From: Myxococcota bacterium
Lineage (GTDB): Bacteria > Myxococcota_A > Polyangia > Nannocystales > Nannocystaceae
DNA: 64,000 nucleotides
Direction: 5' to 3'
Assembly: GCA_039028615.1 (NCBI GenBank)
Contig: JBCCHT010000004.1
Coordinates: 256,001 to 320,000 of the forward strand
Position numbers and translations under genes: made by a program
Shown here: positions 28,267-39,659 of the stretch, piece after piece
Position numbering within the stretch: the stretch's first letter is position 1
How the letters are laid out: every line of letters starts with the position of its first letter
The notes under the pieces: generated by a model
What the model was told of the DNA's origin: nothing
The model's input: only the letters and a program-made list of their open reading frames with translations
Databases searched by the model: none

Positions 28267-29412
28267 CTACAGCAGCTGCGCCTCGGCGTCCTTCGGATCG
28301 CACTCGAGCAAGTCGATGGCGGTCAGCTCCGTGGAGGGCTTCTCGTTTTCGTAGACGAGCAAGCCGAGCGCGTCGTAGTGCGGCCGCACCCGGTCGGAGA
28401 GCAGGTGAATCTTCTTCAGATTGGGGATCAGGCGTCGGAACAGGGTATTCCGAAAACGGCCCATGAAGTGGGAGTTCAGCACCGTTTCGTTCCATTGCCG
28501 CCGCGACATGCTGTGCGCGTAGTACTCGTCGTAGAACTCGTGGGCCAAGAAGCGATTTCGAAGCAGGACTGAAATCTCGTAGGCCCAGTCCTCGCGATCG
28601 CGTCGTTCGCTCTCGGGCAACGCCTCATAGTAGTCGCGCAGCGCCACCACCCCGAAGGTCACGTGCCGCGCCTCGTCGGTGATGACGTACTTGAGCAGCT
28701 CGCGGAGCAGGGGCTCCTTGGTCGACTGGCGCATCGTGCCGAAGGCCCCGAGCGCGAGCCCCTCGATCATGATCTGCATGCCCAGGAACTTGAGGTCCCA
28801 GCGGCCATCGGTCATCAGCGCATCGATGATCGTGTACAGGTTGTCGTTGATCTCGTAGACGCGCCCGAGCTTCTCCTCGAGGTAGCGGTGGAAGACCTCG
28901 ACGTGGCGGCCCTCGTCCACGACCTGCGTGGAGCCGTAGAGCTTGCCGTCCATCCAGTGCACCGCCTCGGTGACCTGGCACGCGGCGAACAGAGCCCCCT
29001 GCTCCCCGTGCAGGAACTGCGACAGGAGCCAGGCGGTGAGCGCCGCCCGCTGCTCCTGCTGCCGCCGCTTGGGCAAGGTGCGATAGGCCCGGACGTCGAT
29101 GAGCGGCAGGGTGTGGTCGGGCATGAGATCGAACTCCTCGTTGTGAGGGTCGACCGTCGTGGACCAGTCGAGGGTGGTGTCGGCGTCCCACTGCGAGCGC
29201 TTGGCCGCGGAGTAGAGCTTCTGCAGCTGGGGCCGGGTGCGCTCGTAGTTCCAGTCGAAGTGAGCCTCGTGGGTCGCCCGCATCTGGGCGGTGTCGCCCT
29301 GCTTGCCCCGCTTGAGCAGCAGCCCGCGCACGGCCGGGCCGGCGAGATCGAGAAAGACCCGGGGGTTGCGACTGCGACCCATGGGGCCGAACACGGAGTT
29401 CTGGGCGTTCAT
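28267..29412 (-). CDS. Ferritin-like diiron enzyme (AurF-like/diiron oxygenase family)
   Basis: QFLHGEQGA, QVVDEGRH, IEGLA, DEARH (two E...DExxH sets); ATGA-coupled to the TetR gene. Confidence 0.85.
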   Translation of the reverse strand: MNAQNSVFGPMGRSRNPRVFLDLAGPAVRGLLLKRGKQGDTAQMRATHEAHFDWNYERTRPQLQKLYSAAKRSQWDADTTLDWSTTVDPHNEEFDLMPDHTLPLIDVRAYRTLPKRRQQEQRAALTAWLLSQFLHGEQGALFAACQVTEAVHWMDGKLYGSTQVVDEGRHVEVFHRYLEEKLGRVYEINDNLYTIIDALMTDGRWDLKFLGMQIMIEGLALGAFGTMRQSTKEPLLRELLKYVITDEARHVTFGVVALRDYYEALPESERRDREDWAYEISVLLRNRFLAHEFYDEYYAHSMSRRQWNETVLNSHFMGRFRNTLFRRLIPNLKKIHLLSDRVRPHYDALGLLVYENEKPSTELTAIDLLECDPKDAEAQLL

Positions 29413-30038
29413 GACGGGCTCCTGACGGTGGACGTTGAGCAAGGGGGAGGATCGCGAAGCAACAAGCGACGCGCGAGGTCTCGGCTGTGGTCGACGGCGC
29501 CCCACAGGGGTTCGCGCAACGAGCCCGCCGCGGCCCGCAGCAGGGCTCCCGAGCCCACCTGCATCACCGCGGCGCGCACGGGGAGATCGGGCGGCACCTG
29601 GCCGTCGCCGTGGACCTCGATGAAGCGCTCGACGGTGTCGAGCAGGCGCGCGAGCTGACGCAGCAGAATGGGTCGACCGGGGCCGTTTTCGTCGAGCAGC
29701 TCGCGCAGCACGATGCGGGCGAGCTGGGGCTCGGCGTCGAGGAACTCGACGTAGCGAGCGACCGTGCGATCGATGCGCTGCACGAAGTCACCGTCGGCGC
29801 CCATCGTCTCGGTCAGGGCGACGCTCAGGCGTTCGAAGCAGCGCTCGACCGTGCGCTCGTACAGCGCCTCCTTGCTGCCGAAGTGATAGAGCAGCGAGGG
29901 GCGACGAATGCCGGCCCGGTTGGCGATGTCGGCGAGCTTGGCCGCCCCGTAGCCCACGGTGGCGAACGCCAGCTCGGCAGCCACCAGGACCCGCTCGGGG
30001 GTCGCGATGGGGTTAGCGCTCGCAGGAGGGCGGCCCAT
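29409..30038 (-). CDS. TetR/AcrR family regulator
   Basis: ERVLVAAELAFATVGY, IANRAGIRRPSLLYHFGSKEAL. Confidence 0.92.
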   Translation of the reverse strand: MGRPPASANPIATPERVLVAAELAFATVGYGAAKLADIANRAGIRRPSLLYHFGSKEALYERTVERCFERLSVALTETMGADGDFVQRIDRTVARYVEFLDAEPQLARIVLRELLDENGPGRPILLRQLARLLDTVERFIEVHGDGQVPPDLPVRAAVMQVGSGALLRAAAGSLREPLWGAVDHSRDLARRLLLRDPPPCSTSTVRSPS

Positions 30039-30054
30039 GATGAATTACAGACTT

Positions 30055-30102
30055 ATCGACTCACGAGTAGATTGCAAGGATTTTATCGACTCGTGAGTCG
30101 AT
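30055..30102. promoter_or_regulatory. Twin 18-bp palindromic operators, probably for the adjacent TetR
   Basis: ATCGACTC-ac-GAGTAGAT (30055-30072) and ATCGACTC-gt-GAGTCGAT (30085-30102), 30-bp period. Confidence 0.8.
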
Positions 30103-30134
30103 TACTGTCGGAACCGTGTCATGGTGAGCAGAAC

Positions 30135-30572
30135 GTGCGTCGCTGGATTCGCAAGCTGATGGCGCTCAACGGCAGCCCGCGGGGAATCGCGGGCGGCTTT
30201 GCGTTGGGCCTATCGCTGTCGCTGGTGCCGATCCCGGTGGCGGGCATGCTGGTCTCGCTCGCCCTCGCCCCCCGCCTGCGCTGCAACCTGCCCGCGACCT
30301 ACCTCGGCACGGCGGTGGTCAACCCGATCACCGGTCCTTTCATCTACTTCAGCAAGCTGTGGCTCGGCCTCGCCCTGCTCGGCCGCGAGCTGCCCACGTG
30401 GAGCCTCATGCGGAGCCTCGACGCCGCGGGCTGGTGGCAGGTGCTCACCGACGCGCTGCTGCCCTTCGGGCTCGGGGCGCTCGTGGTCGCGTCGGTGTCC
30501 TTCGCCCTGAGCTTCCCGTTGCTGTCGTGGCTCGTCCGGCGTTGGCAGGCCCGAGCATCCGCGGCGGACTGA
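30135..30572 (+). CDS. DUF2062 family membrane protein
   Basis: SPRGIAGGFALG, RCNLPA.YLGT.V.NP.T; GTG start inferred. Confidence 0.8.
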   Translation: MRRWIRKLMALNGSPRGIAGGFALGLSLSLVPIPVAGMLVSLALAPRLRCNLPATYLGTAVVNPITGPFIYFSKLWLGLALLGRELPTWSLMRSLDAAGWWQVLTDALLPFGLGALVVASVSFALSFPLLSWLVRRWQARASAAD

Positions 30573-30586
30573 AGTGCGAGCACGAA

Positions 30587-30621
30587 GAAGGCGCGACCCC
30601 CATGCGGGATGTCGCGCCTTC
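30587..30621. terminator. Hairpin between convergent genes
   Basis: gaaggcgcgac-N13-gtcgcgccttc (11-bp stem). Confidence 0.65.
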
Positions 30622-30657
30622 GAGGCCCCGATGATTCAGGGCCGGGGTCGTCGCTGG

Positions 30658-32007
30658 TTACCAGCGGCGACGCATGGCACCGAGGCCCATGAGGCCGAGC
30701 AGCATCAGCGCCGGAGCGGCGGGGGTGCTGTCGCCCGTGGTGCAGGCGCAGCCGCCAGTGTCGTCGCCGTCGTCGCCCGCGGGGGTGGTGTCGCCGCCCT
30801 CGCTCGCGTCGGTGGCACCCTCGGAGAGCACGCCGCCGCCTTCGCCGGCCGTCTCGTCGCCGCCCTCGCCCGCGGTCTCGTCACCCGCGGTCTCGTCACC
30901 GCCACCGCTGCCCTCGATGGTGACGTTGATGCTCACCATCTCGGACACGTTGCCGTGGTAGTCCGAGGCCTCGAGGGTGATGGCGTAGGCGCCCGCGGGC
31001 AGACCACCGAGGGTCACGATCCAGTCGCTCTCGGTCGCCTTGAGGGGCGCGGCGTCTTCCCAGTTCACGTTGCAGACGTCGTTGGTGCACTGCGAGATGG
31101 TCCCGTCGGGGAACATGTCGCTGACGATGGCGTCGGACTGGATGATCCAGCGCAGGCCCACGACGGGGTCGGAGTCGGCCACGTCGACGTCGAGCACCAG
31201 GTCGTCGCCCTCCATGAGGATCGCGCCGTCCTCGGGGACGATGTTGGTCAGCTCGGGGGGATCGGTGTCCTCGACCACGTCGCCGTAGAACTCGACCATG
31301 TCGAGGTGGCTGTTCTGGCCGGGGTCACCGTTGGTGCCGTCGGGGCACTCGACGTGGTCGACGCTGGTGCACTCGAGCGGGAGCTCGATCTGCATGTCGC
31401 GGTCGTTGAAGCCGAACTGGTTGAGGCGGTCCGAGCACGAGTCCTGGAAGCCCATGGGCAGGGTCGTGTAGTCGGGCGGGTAGTTCATCCAGTCCTCGGG
31501 GTTGTCGATACCCTCGAGGCCGGAGTTCCGACCGAACGCGTACAGGGCCGCGTGAAGAACGTCGGGGTCGGTGCAGTTGTCGGTCGAGCCGGAGGTCGAC
31601 ACGATGTCGTTGCGACCACGCGCGGCGCAGTTGATGCCACCGAAGGCGCAGGTGAAGCTGCGGATGCCCGCCGACTTGGGGTCGAGGGGCTCGTCACCCG
31701 GGAGCAGCATCGTGTACGAGATGTACTCGGGGGGACGGGTGTTGGTGACGTGGACGTCGTACGCGGCCAGGGCATCGGCCATCCCCGTGGTGAGGTCGGC
31801 AGCGCCAGCGAAGGGAGGCTCTTCGACCTCCATCGAGGCACCACCACAACCGGTGGCCGAGTTCACGCCGCTGCCACACGGGGCCACGCCGGTCGGACGC
31901 AGGGTCACGGGATCGGTGGGGATGTAGAGGACGCCGGGCTCAGCCGAAGCCGTCGAGGGGGCAAGGACGGCCGCGAGGGCACAGGTGGTCAAGAAAATCC
32001 GCTTCAT
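30658..32007 (-). CDS. MYXO-CTERM surface protein with a degenerate zincin-like domain and an Ig-like domain
   Basis: Signal peptide MKRIFLTTCALAAVLAPSTASA; C-terminal GGCAC...PALMLLGLMGLGAMRRRW; GDETAG repeats. Confidence 0.85.
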   Translation of the reverse strand: MKRIFLTTCALAAVLAPSTASAEPGVLYIPTDPVTLRPTGVAPCGSGVNSATGCGGASMEVEEPPFAGAADLTTGMADALAAYDVHVTNTRPPEYISYTMLLPGDEPLDPKSAGIRSFTCAFGGINCAARGRNDIVSTSGSTDNCTDPDVLHAALYAFGRNSGLEGIDNPEDWMNYPPDYTTLPMGFQDSCSDRLNQFGFNDRDMQIELPLECTSVDHVECPDGTNGDPGQNSHLDMVEFYGDVVEDTDPPELTNIVPEDGAILMEGDDLVLDVDVADSDPVVGLRWIIQSDAIVSDMFPDGTISQCTNDVCNVNWEDAAPLKATESDWIVTLGGLPAGAYAITLEASDYHGNVSEMVSINVTIEGSGGGDETAGDETAGEGGDETAGEGGGVLSEGATDASEGGDTTPAGDDGDDTGGCACTTGDSTPAAPALMLLGLMGLGAMRRRW

Positions 32008-32257
32008 GGTCACGTTCTCCAGGTAACGAGAATCTCCGGGACGTTTGCCCGCGGCCGACTTGATGTCAACCCGACAAGGCTTCCCCAGGCCGTGACCCAA
32101 CGGCGATCGAAGACGTCCCTTGCGTCTGATTGCCGTGTGTTGGCTCAACCGTTCCGCATCGTGCCGCGTTGCCTCCAGGTCGTCAGTCGACGGCGTGGAG
32201 CCAAGGACGTCGTTCTCCGTTTTCGTCCGATCGAAACCGAACTGGAGCGAGCGATTT

Positions 32258-33319
32258 TTAGTTGGCCTGGCACACCGCGGGGATCGCCAGCCGAGGTCCG
32301 GCTTCGACCTGCAGCTCGCTCAGCCCGAAGAACAGCTCGCCATCGATCACCGGATCGAGTGCATCCCCTGGGTACGCGACCGCGCGGAGGTGCCGGGCCG
32401 GCCCGTCGTAGACCTTGTCTCCCCAGATCGGGGTCCCCAGCACGATATTCGGCAGGTTCGCGGTCACGCCCCAGCGCGACATGCTGATCGCCTGCGCGTG
32501 CATGATCCCGGGCGCGGCGGCGTGACGGAAGGTTCGCACCACCCCGCCGAGGTTGATGTCGATGGAGCCGACCTGGAGCGAAGCGAAGTCGTCGTAGGCG
32601 AGCGGCTGACCGTCGAGCTCGACCCGCGCCCGCGTGGGCTCGAACAGCTCGTCGGCGAAACGGAGCAGAGGCTCGGGCACGAAGTCTCGCAGCAACTTCG
32701 GCGCAGTGCCGGCCACCGCTCCCGCGAACGAGTTGCCCAACACGGTGACGATCGCCTTCGCGTCGATGACTTTGTGTTGGTACAGCTTCTCGAAGAAACG
32801 CTGGGCGACCCCACCGATCGCGCTGGCGAAGCCCAGCCGTTCGAAGCTCTGATCGCCGCTCGGTTTCGGGTCGCGGTATTGGCCGCGCATGCGGAAGGTA
32901 TCGAGCTCGACCGCTCGCGGGACCTCGCCGCGTTCGAAGCACTCGACCAGCTGTCCGAGCACCTGGGTGGCCTGGCCGCGGATGCCCGCCTTGTGGGCCA
33001 CGAAGTCGATGCTGCCGCCGTTGGCGGGCGCGATGCGGGGCAGCACCGGGCTCATGCCGCTGCGGGCTCGCTCGCGCGCCACCTCCCAGCCCACGCTGAG
33101 CATCCAGTGCAGGGTGCCGTCGCCACCGTCGCTCACCCAATAGTCACAGCCCGCGTCGTAGAACTCCTGCAGCACGGTGCGGAGTTCGTCGAGATCCTGG
33201 GTCTGCCGGACGAGACCATGCCGACCGACGGCACGCTCCAGCTCGAGCTTCCGATCGCCTCCCCGCCTCCGGTTTTTGCCGGAATTCGGGTTCGTGACCA
33301 CTCCAATCAGGCTCGACAT
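32258..33319 (-). CDS. Diacylglycerol/lipid kinase family protein
   Basis: NPNSG, DGGDGT, PANGGSIDFVA, IDGE motifs. Confidence 0.8.
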   Translation of the reverse strand: MSSLIGVVTNPNSGKNRRRGGDRKLELERAVGRHGLVRQTQDLDELRTVLQEFYDAGCDYWVSDGGDGTLHWMLSVGWEVARERARSGMSPVLPRIAPANGGSIDFVAHKAGIRGQATQVLGQLVECFERGEVPRAVELDTFRMRGQYRDPKPSGDQSFERLGFASAIGGVAQRFFEKLYQHKVIDAKAIVTVLGNSFAGAVAGTAPKLLRDFVPEPLLRFADELFEPTRARVELDGQPLAYDDFASLQVGSIDINLGGVVRTFRHAAAPGIMHAQAISMSRWGVTANLPNIVLGTPIWGDKVYDGPARHLRAVAYPGDALDPVIDGELFFGLSELQVEAGPRLAIPAVCQAN

Positions 33320-33628
33320 GGGTGGCGGCGGTGTACCACGTCACACTGATGCGTCACGGTTACGCCTACAGTGCGCACCTACTTGCACACCCGGCGCGGC
33401 CGGAGGTTCGGGAGCGACGGGGGCGGGAATCGGGCGTTCGGCGCCAAACTGCGCAGCGGAGCACGCACCTGGGCCCCACGAGCGTCCAAGCGCACCGACC
33501 CGCGCGCGCGTGGTGCGACCGAGCGGTAGACGCCGATCTCGCGGGTGAAGCGCAGCGCGGAGAAGCGCACCCAGCCGCCCAGCCTCTTTTTGCCCGAGTT
33601 CCGTTAGGCTGCGCGCCGCGAGCCCGGC

Positions 33629-34645
33629 ATGCGCTTCCATAACGTTTCGATCGGCAGCGTCGTGCATGTCGACCCGCCGCAGCGGGTGACGTCGGCCGAG
33701 ATCGAGGATCGACTGGCGCCGACGATGAAGCGTCTGCGGGTGCCCTCGGGTTTGCTCGAAGGACTGAGCGGAATCGTGGCACGCCGCATGTGGCCGGCCG
33801 GGACCTCGCCGTCGGACGCGGCCACCATCGCCGCCAAGCGGGCCATCGCGGCCGCGGGCATCGACCGCCGCAAGCTGGGCATCCTGATCAACACCTCGGT
33901 GTGCCGCGACTACGTCGAGCCTTCGACCGCCAGCATCGTGCACGGCAAGCTCGGGCTCCGCTCCGACTGCCTGAACTTCGACATCGGCAACGCGTGCCTC
34001 GGCTTCCTCAGCGGCATGGAGGTCATCGCCACCATGATCGAGCAGGGGCACCTCGACTACGGCATCGTGGTCGCAGGCGAGGACAGCCGCTTCATCGTCG
34101 ATCAGACCATCGCGCGCCTGAGCCAGCCGGGGGCCGACCACGCCGCGTTCTGGGGCAGCTTCGCCACCCTGACCCTGGGCTCGGCCGGCGTGGCGATGGT
34201 GCTGACCCGCCGCGACCTCGCCCCGCAGGGACCACGGTTCTTGGGCGGGGTCACGGTGGCCGCCAGCGAGCACCGCGACCTGTGCAAGGGGCACGTCGAC
34301 CGCATGGAGACGGACTCGACCAAGCTCCTGACCATGGGCCTGAAGGTCGCGCGACAGGCCTTCACCGCCGCCCAGCGCGAGCTGGGGTGGTCGCCGGGCG
34401 TGCTCGACGAGTACGTGATCCATCAGGTCAGCAAGGCGCATACCGACAAGTTCCGGGCGACCTTCGAGATCGACCCCCAAAAGCTCCTGGCGACCTATCC
34501 CGAATACGGCAACGTGGGCCCGGCCGGGATCCCCATGGTGCTCTCCAAGGCCGCACAGGCGGGCCGCCTCACCCGAGGCGATCGCGTGGCCTTGATGGGC
34601 ATCGGCTCCGGCCTCAACTGCGCCATGGCTGAAGTGGTTTGGTGA
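33629..34645 (+). CDS. oleA: OleA acyl-CoA condensing thiolase (3-oxoacyl-ACP synthase III-like)
   Basis: SVCRDYVEPSTA (Glu), NACLGF (Cys), FATLTLGS, HQVS (His), GNVGPA (Asn), GIGSGLNC; first gene of an intact ole operon. Confidence 0.92.
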   Translation: MRFHNVSIGSVVHVDPPQRVTSAEIEDRLAPTMKRLRVPSGLLEGLSGIVARRMWPAGTSPSDAATIAAKRAIAAAGIDRRKLGILINTSVCRDYVEPSTASIVHGKLGLRSDCLNFDIGNACLGFLSGMEVIATMIEQGHLDYGIVVAGEDSRFIVDQTIARLSQPGADHAAFWGSFATLTLGSAGVAMVLTRRDLAPQGPRFLGGVTVAASEHRDLCKGHVDRMETDSTKLLTMGLKVARQAFTAAQRELGWSPGVLDEYVIHQVSKAHTDKFRATFEIDPQKLLATYPEYGNVGPAGIPMVLSKAAQAGRLTRGDRVALMGIGSGLNCAMAEVVW

Positions 34646-34647
34646 CC

Positions 34648-35534
34648 ATGCAGGTATCGAAACAGCTCTATCCCTTCGCCGAGCACTGGTTCGAGCTCGA
34701 ACCGGGTGTCCGCATGCACTACGTCGACGAGGGGCCGGCAGACGCCCCCGTCGTGCTCATGCTGCACGGCAACCCGACCTGGTCCTTCTACTGGCGGCGG
34801 CTCATCAAGGCGCTGTCGCCCACCCACCGGGTCATCGCTCCCGACCACATCGGCTGCGGCAAGTCCGACAAGCCCGACGACGCGCGCTACCCCTATCGGC
34901 TCGACCGGCGCATCAGCGACATCGAGCGGCTGGTGGAGGAGCTCGGGCTCCGCGACGTCACTCTGATGGTGCACGACTGGGGCGGGATGATCGGCATGGG
35001 CTGGGCCCACCGCCACCCCGAGCTGGTGTCGCGCCTGGTGCTGCTCAACACCGCCGCCTTCGGGCTGCCCGACACCAAGCGCATGCCCGCGAGCCTCTGG
35101 CTGGCCCGCAACACCAAGGTCGGCTCGGTGCTCGTGCGCGGCTTCAATGCCTTCTCGCGCGGCGCCACCCGGCTATGCGTCACGCGGCGACCGCTGACCA
35201 CCGAGGTCCGCAACGCGCTGTGTGCCCCCTACGACAGCTGGAACAACCGCCGCGCCGTCCTGCGCTTCGTGCAGGACATCCCGCTGACCAAGAGCGACCC
35301 CAGCTTCGCCATCCTCACCGAGGTCAGCAACGAGCTGTCGCAATTCGACGATCGCCCCACCATGATCTGCTGGGGTGACCGCGACTTCGTGTTCGACCAC
35401 CACTTCCTGCGCGTGTGGGAGGACAAGCTGCCCAGCGCCGACGTGCACCGGTTCCCCGACTGTGGGCACTACGTGCTCGAGGACGCGGGGGAAGAGATCG
35501 AGCAGCTCGTGCGAGAGTTTCTGGGAGTCGCGGC

Positions 35535-35538
<4 letters not shown>
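34648..35538 (+). CDS. oleB: OleB beta-lactone decarboxylase (haloalkane dehalogenase-like)
   Basis: MHYVDEG, HGNPTWSF, HDWGG (Asp nucleophile), FVQDIPL, GHYVLED. Confidence 0.9.
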
Positions 35539-37208
<1,670 letters not shown>

Positions 37209-38201
37209 ATGACCATCCTCGTTACCGGTGCCGGAGGCTTCCTCGGTCGCTCCATCACTCGCGCCCTGCTGGACCGAGGGCTGTCCGTGCGCAGCTTCTG
37301 TCGCGGCGACTACCCCTGGATGAGCGAAGCAGGCGTCGAGATCGTCCGCGGTGACGTCGGGGATGCCGAGGCGGTCTCCAAGGCGGTGGAGGGCTGCGAG
37401 GCCGTGTTCCACACCGCGGCGCGTATCGACATCTGGGGGCCCTACGACGACTTCTTCCGCACCAACACCCTGGGCACGCGCCACGTCATCGAGGCCTGCC
37501 AGACCCATGGTGTCGGCAAGCTCGTGTACACCAGCACGCCGAGCGTGGTGCACGGCGGGGACGCGGTCAGCGGCGTCGACGAGTCGGCGCCCTACCCCGA
37601 TCACTTCGAGGCGCACTACCCCGCGACCAAGGCCATCGCCGAGCGCGAGGTCCTGGCGGCGAACTCCGACACGCTGGCCACGGTGGCGATTCGGCCCCAC
37701 CTGGTCTGGGGGCCCGGCGACACCTCGATGATGCCGCGGGTCATCGCCAAGGCGCGGACGGGGCGGGTGCGCAACATCGGCGAGCCGCAGAAGATCGACA
37801 CCGTGTACATCGACAATGCCGTCGATGCTCACCTCGCCGCCTACGACCGGCTCGAGCCCGGCTCGGCCGCGGCCGGCAAGGCCTACTTCATCACCCAGGG
37901 CGAGCCCATGCCCGGGCCCGCGTTCCTCGACGATCTGCTGGGCGCGGCCGGCCTGCCTCCGGTCAGCAAGAGCATCTCCGTGGGCAAGGCCCGGGCGGCG
38001 GCGACGGTCATCGAGTGGATCTGGCGGACCTTCGGGATCGAGCGAGAGCCCCCGGTCACCCGCTTCGTGGTCAGTCAGCTGAGCACCGCCCACTGGTACG
38101 ACATCTCGGCCGCACGACGGGACCTCGGCTACGACCCCCGCGTGTCCTATGCCGAGGGCATGGAAAGGCTGCGGGCGTGGGTTCGCGAGCACCCCATGTA
38201 G
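37209..38201 (+). CDS. oleD: OleD 2-alkyl-3-oxoalkanoate reductase (extended SDR)
   Basis: TGAGGFLG, YTSTPSVVH, YPATK, RPHLVWGPGD, IDNA, ARRDLGY. Confidence 0.9.
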   Translation: MTILVTGAGGFLGRSITRALLDRGLSVRSFCRGDYPWMSEAGVEIVRGDVGDAEAVSKAVEGCEAVFHTAARIDIWGPYDDFFRTNTLGTRHVIEACQTHGVGKLVYTSTPSVVHGGDAVSGVDESAPYPDHFEAHYPATKAIAEREVLAANSDTLATVAIRPHLVWGPGDTSMMPRVIAKARTGRVRNIGEPQKIDTVYIDNAVDAHLAAYDRLEPGSAAAGKAYFITQGEPMPGPAFLDDLLGAAGLPPVSKSISVGKARAAATVIEWIWRTFGIEREPPVTRFVVSQLSTAHWYDISAARRDLGYDPRVSYAEGMERLRAWVREHPM

Positions 38202-39385
38202 GCACGGACGAGGCCGAGACGCTCGAGGTCGACCTCGACGCGTTCGCCCGCGATCTCGACGCGCTGCGCCGCGAGCTGAACGCCGAGGTCGGACCCGAGG
38301 ACCTGCGGCACCTCACCAAGATCGAGCGCATCGGTCGGGCCTGCGCCGCGCTCGGCTACGCCACCGCCTGGATCGCCCCCAACCCGCTGTCCATCTTCGC
38401 CATGTCCACCGCCCGGTTCCTGCGGTGGGCCGCCGTCGGCCATCACGTGTGCCATCGCGGCTACGACCGCATCGACGGGGTGGCCCCCGCCCGAAAGGGC
38501 TCCGTCTTTGCCCGCGGCTGGCGACGCGTCCTCGATTGGCTCGACTGGATGCACCCGGATGCATGGCACGAGGAACACAACATCCAGCATCACTACCGAC
38601 TCAACGAAGGGGCCGACCCCGACCTCGTCCAGCGCAACCTGGCGTGGCTGCGGGAGTCCAGGCTCCCCCGGTGGTTGCGACTCGCGGTCGTGCCGCTCAT
38701 GGCGATGAGCTGGAAGTTCGTCTACTACGCGCCCAGCACCCTCGAGGCCCTCGAGCGCGCCGAACGACGCCGGGCGGGCGACGCCACCGTCGATGCGGGC
38801 CGCGAGCTCGAGGAGCGCTGGTCGCAGGGCGGCCTGCGCAGCTTCATCCCGCGTGTCACCGCTCGGCTATGGCTGCGCAGCTGGGGGCCCTACCTGCTGC
38901 TCTACTTCGTGCTCCTGCCCCTGCTGTTCCTGCCGCTGGGGGCCTGGGCAGCCATGAGCGTGCTGCTCAACTCCCTGCTCGCAGAGCTGGTGACCAACGT
39001 GCACGCGTTCGTGACCATCGTGCCCAACCACGCGGGCAAGGACCTCTACCGCTTCTCCACCCCGACCCGCCGCCGGGCCGAGTTCTATCTGCGCCAGGTG
39101 ATCGGGAGCGCCAACTTCAACTCGGGCGGCGACCTGCGCGATCTGATGCACGGGTGGCTCAACTATCAGATCGAGCACCACCTGTGGCCCGACATGTCGA
39201 TGCTCCAGTACCGGCGAGCGCAGCCTCGCGTACGGGAGATCTGCGAGCGACACGGCGTGCCCTACGTACGGGAGTCGGTGTGGCTGCGATGCTGGCGGGC
39301 GGTGGAGATCATCGTCGGCGACGCGTCGATGCCCCTGCTGGAAGTGGTGGACCGGAGATCAAAAAGGGTCGACCAGGCGAGCTGA
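38177..39385 (+). CDS. Membrane fatty-acid desaturase (DesA3-like)
   Basis: Three His boxes: GHHVCH, HEEHNIQHH, QIEHHLWP; GTG 38177 with GGAAAGG upstream, overlapping the oleD 3' end. Confidence 0.88.
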   Translation: MGSRAPHVGTDEAETLEVDLDAFARDLDALRRELNAEVGPEDLRHLTKIERIGRACAALGYATAWIAPNPLSIFAMSTARFLRWAAVGHHVCHRGYDRIDGVAPARKGSVFARGWRRVLDWLDWMHPDAWHEEHNIQHHYRLNEGADPDLVQRNLAWLRESRLPRWLRLAVVPLMAMSWKFVYYAPSTLEALERAERRRAGDATVDAGRELEERWSQGGLRSFIPRVTARLWLRSWGPYLLLYFVLLPLLFLPLGAWAAMSVLLNSLLAELVTNVHAFVTIVPNHAGKDLYRFSTPTRRRAEFYLRQVIGSANFNSGGDLRDLMHGWLNYQIEHHLWPDMSMLQYRRAQPRVREICERHGVPYVRESVWLRCWRAVEIIVGDASMPLLEVVDRRSKRVDQAS

Positions 39386-39659
39386 CGCTCACCCGATCGA
39401 CCCCGCGTTCCCCCCAAGACTTCGAGGCTCGCCCCCGGTCCCCTTTCGTGGGCGAGCTTCTCGCCCCCTCGTGATTGGTCGGTGTCCCTCCGAGCGTGGT
39501 TCGGAGCGACCTCTCGACAACGTAGGTCCGCAAGGCCGCTTTCGGATTGCTCTGCGGCCGGATTTTTCGCGTCACCGAGGTCGGTCATGACCAAACGATG
39601 ACGGTTCCATCACGGAGCGATGACCTCCAAACAGGGTTCCGATCGTCCAATGGGGCACG

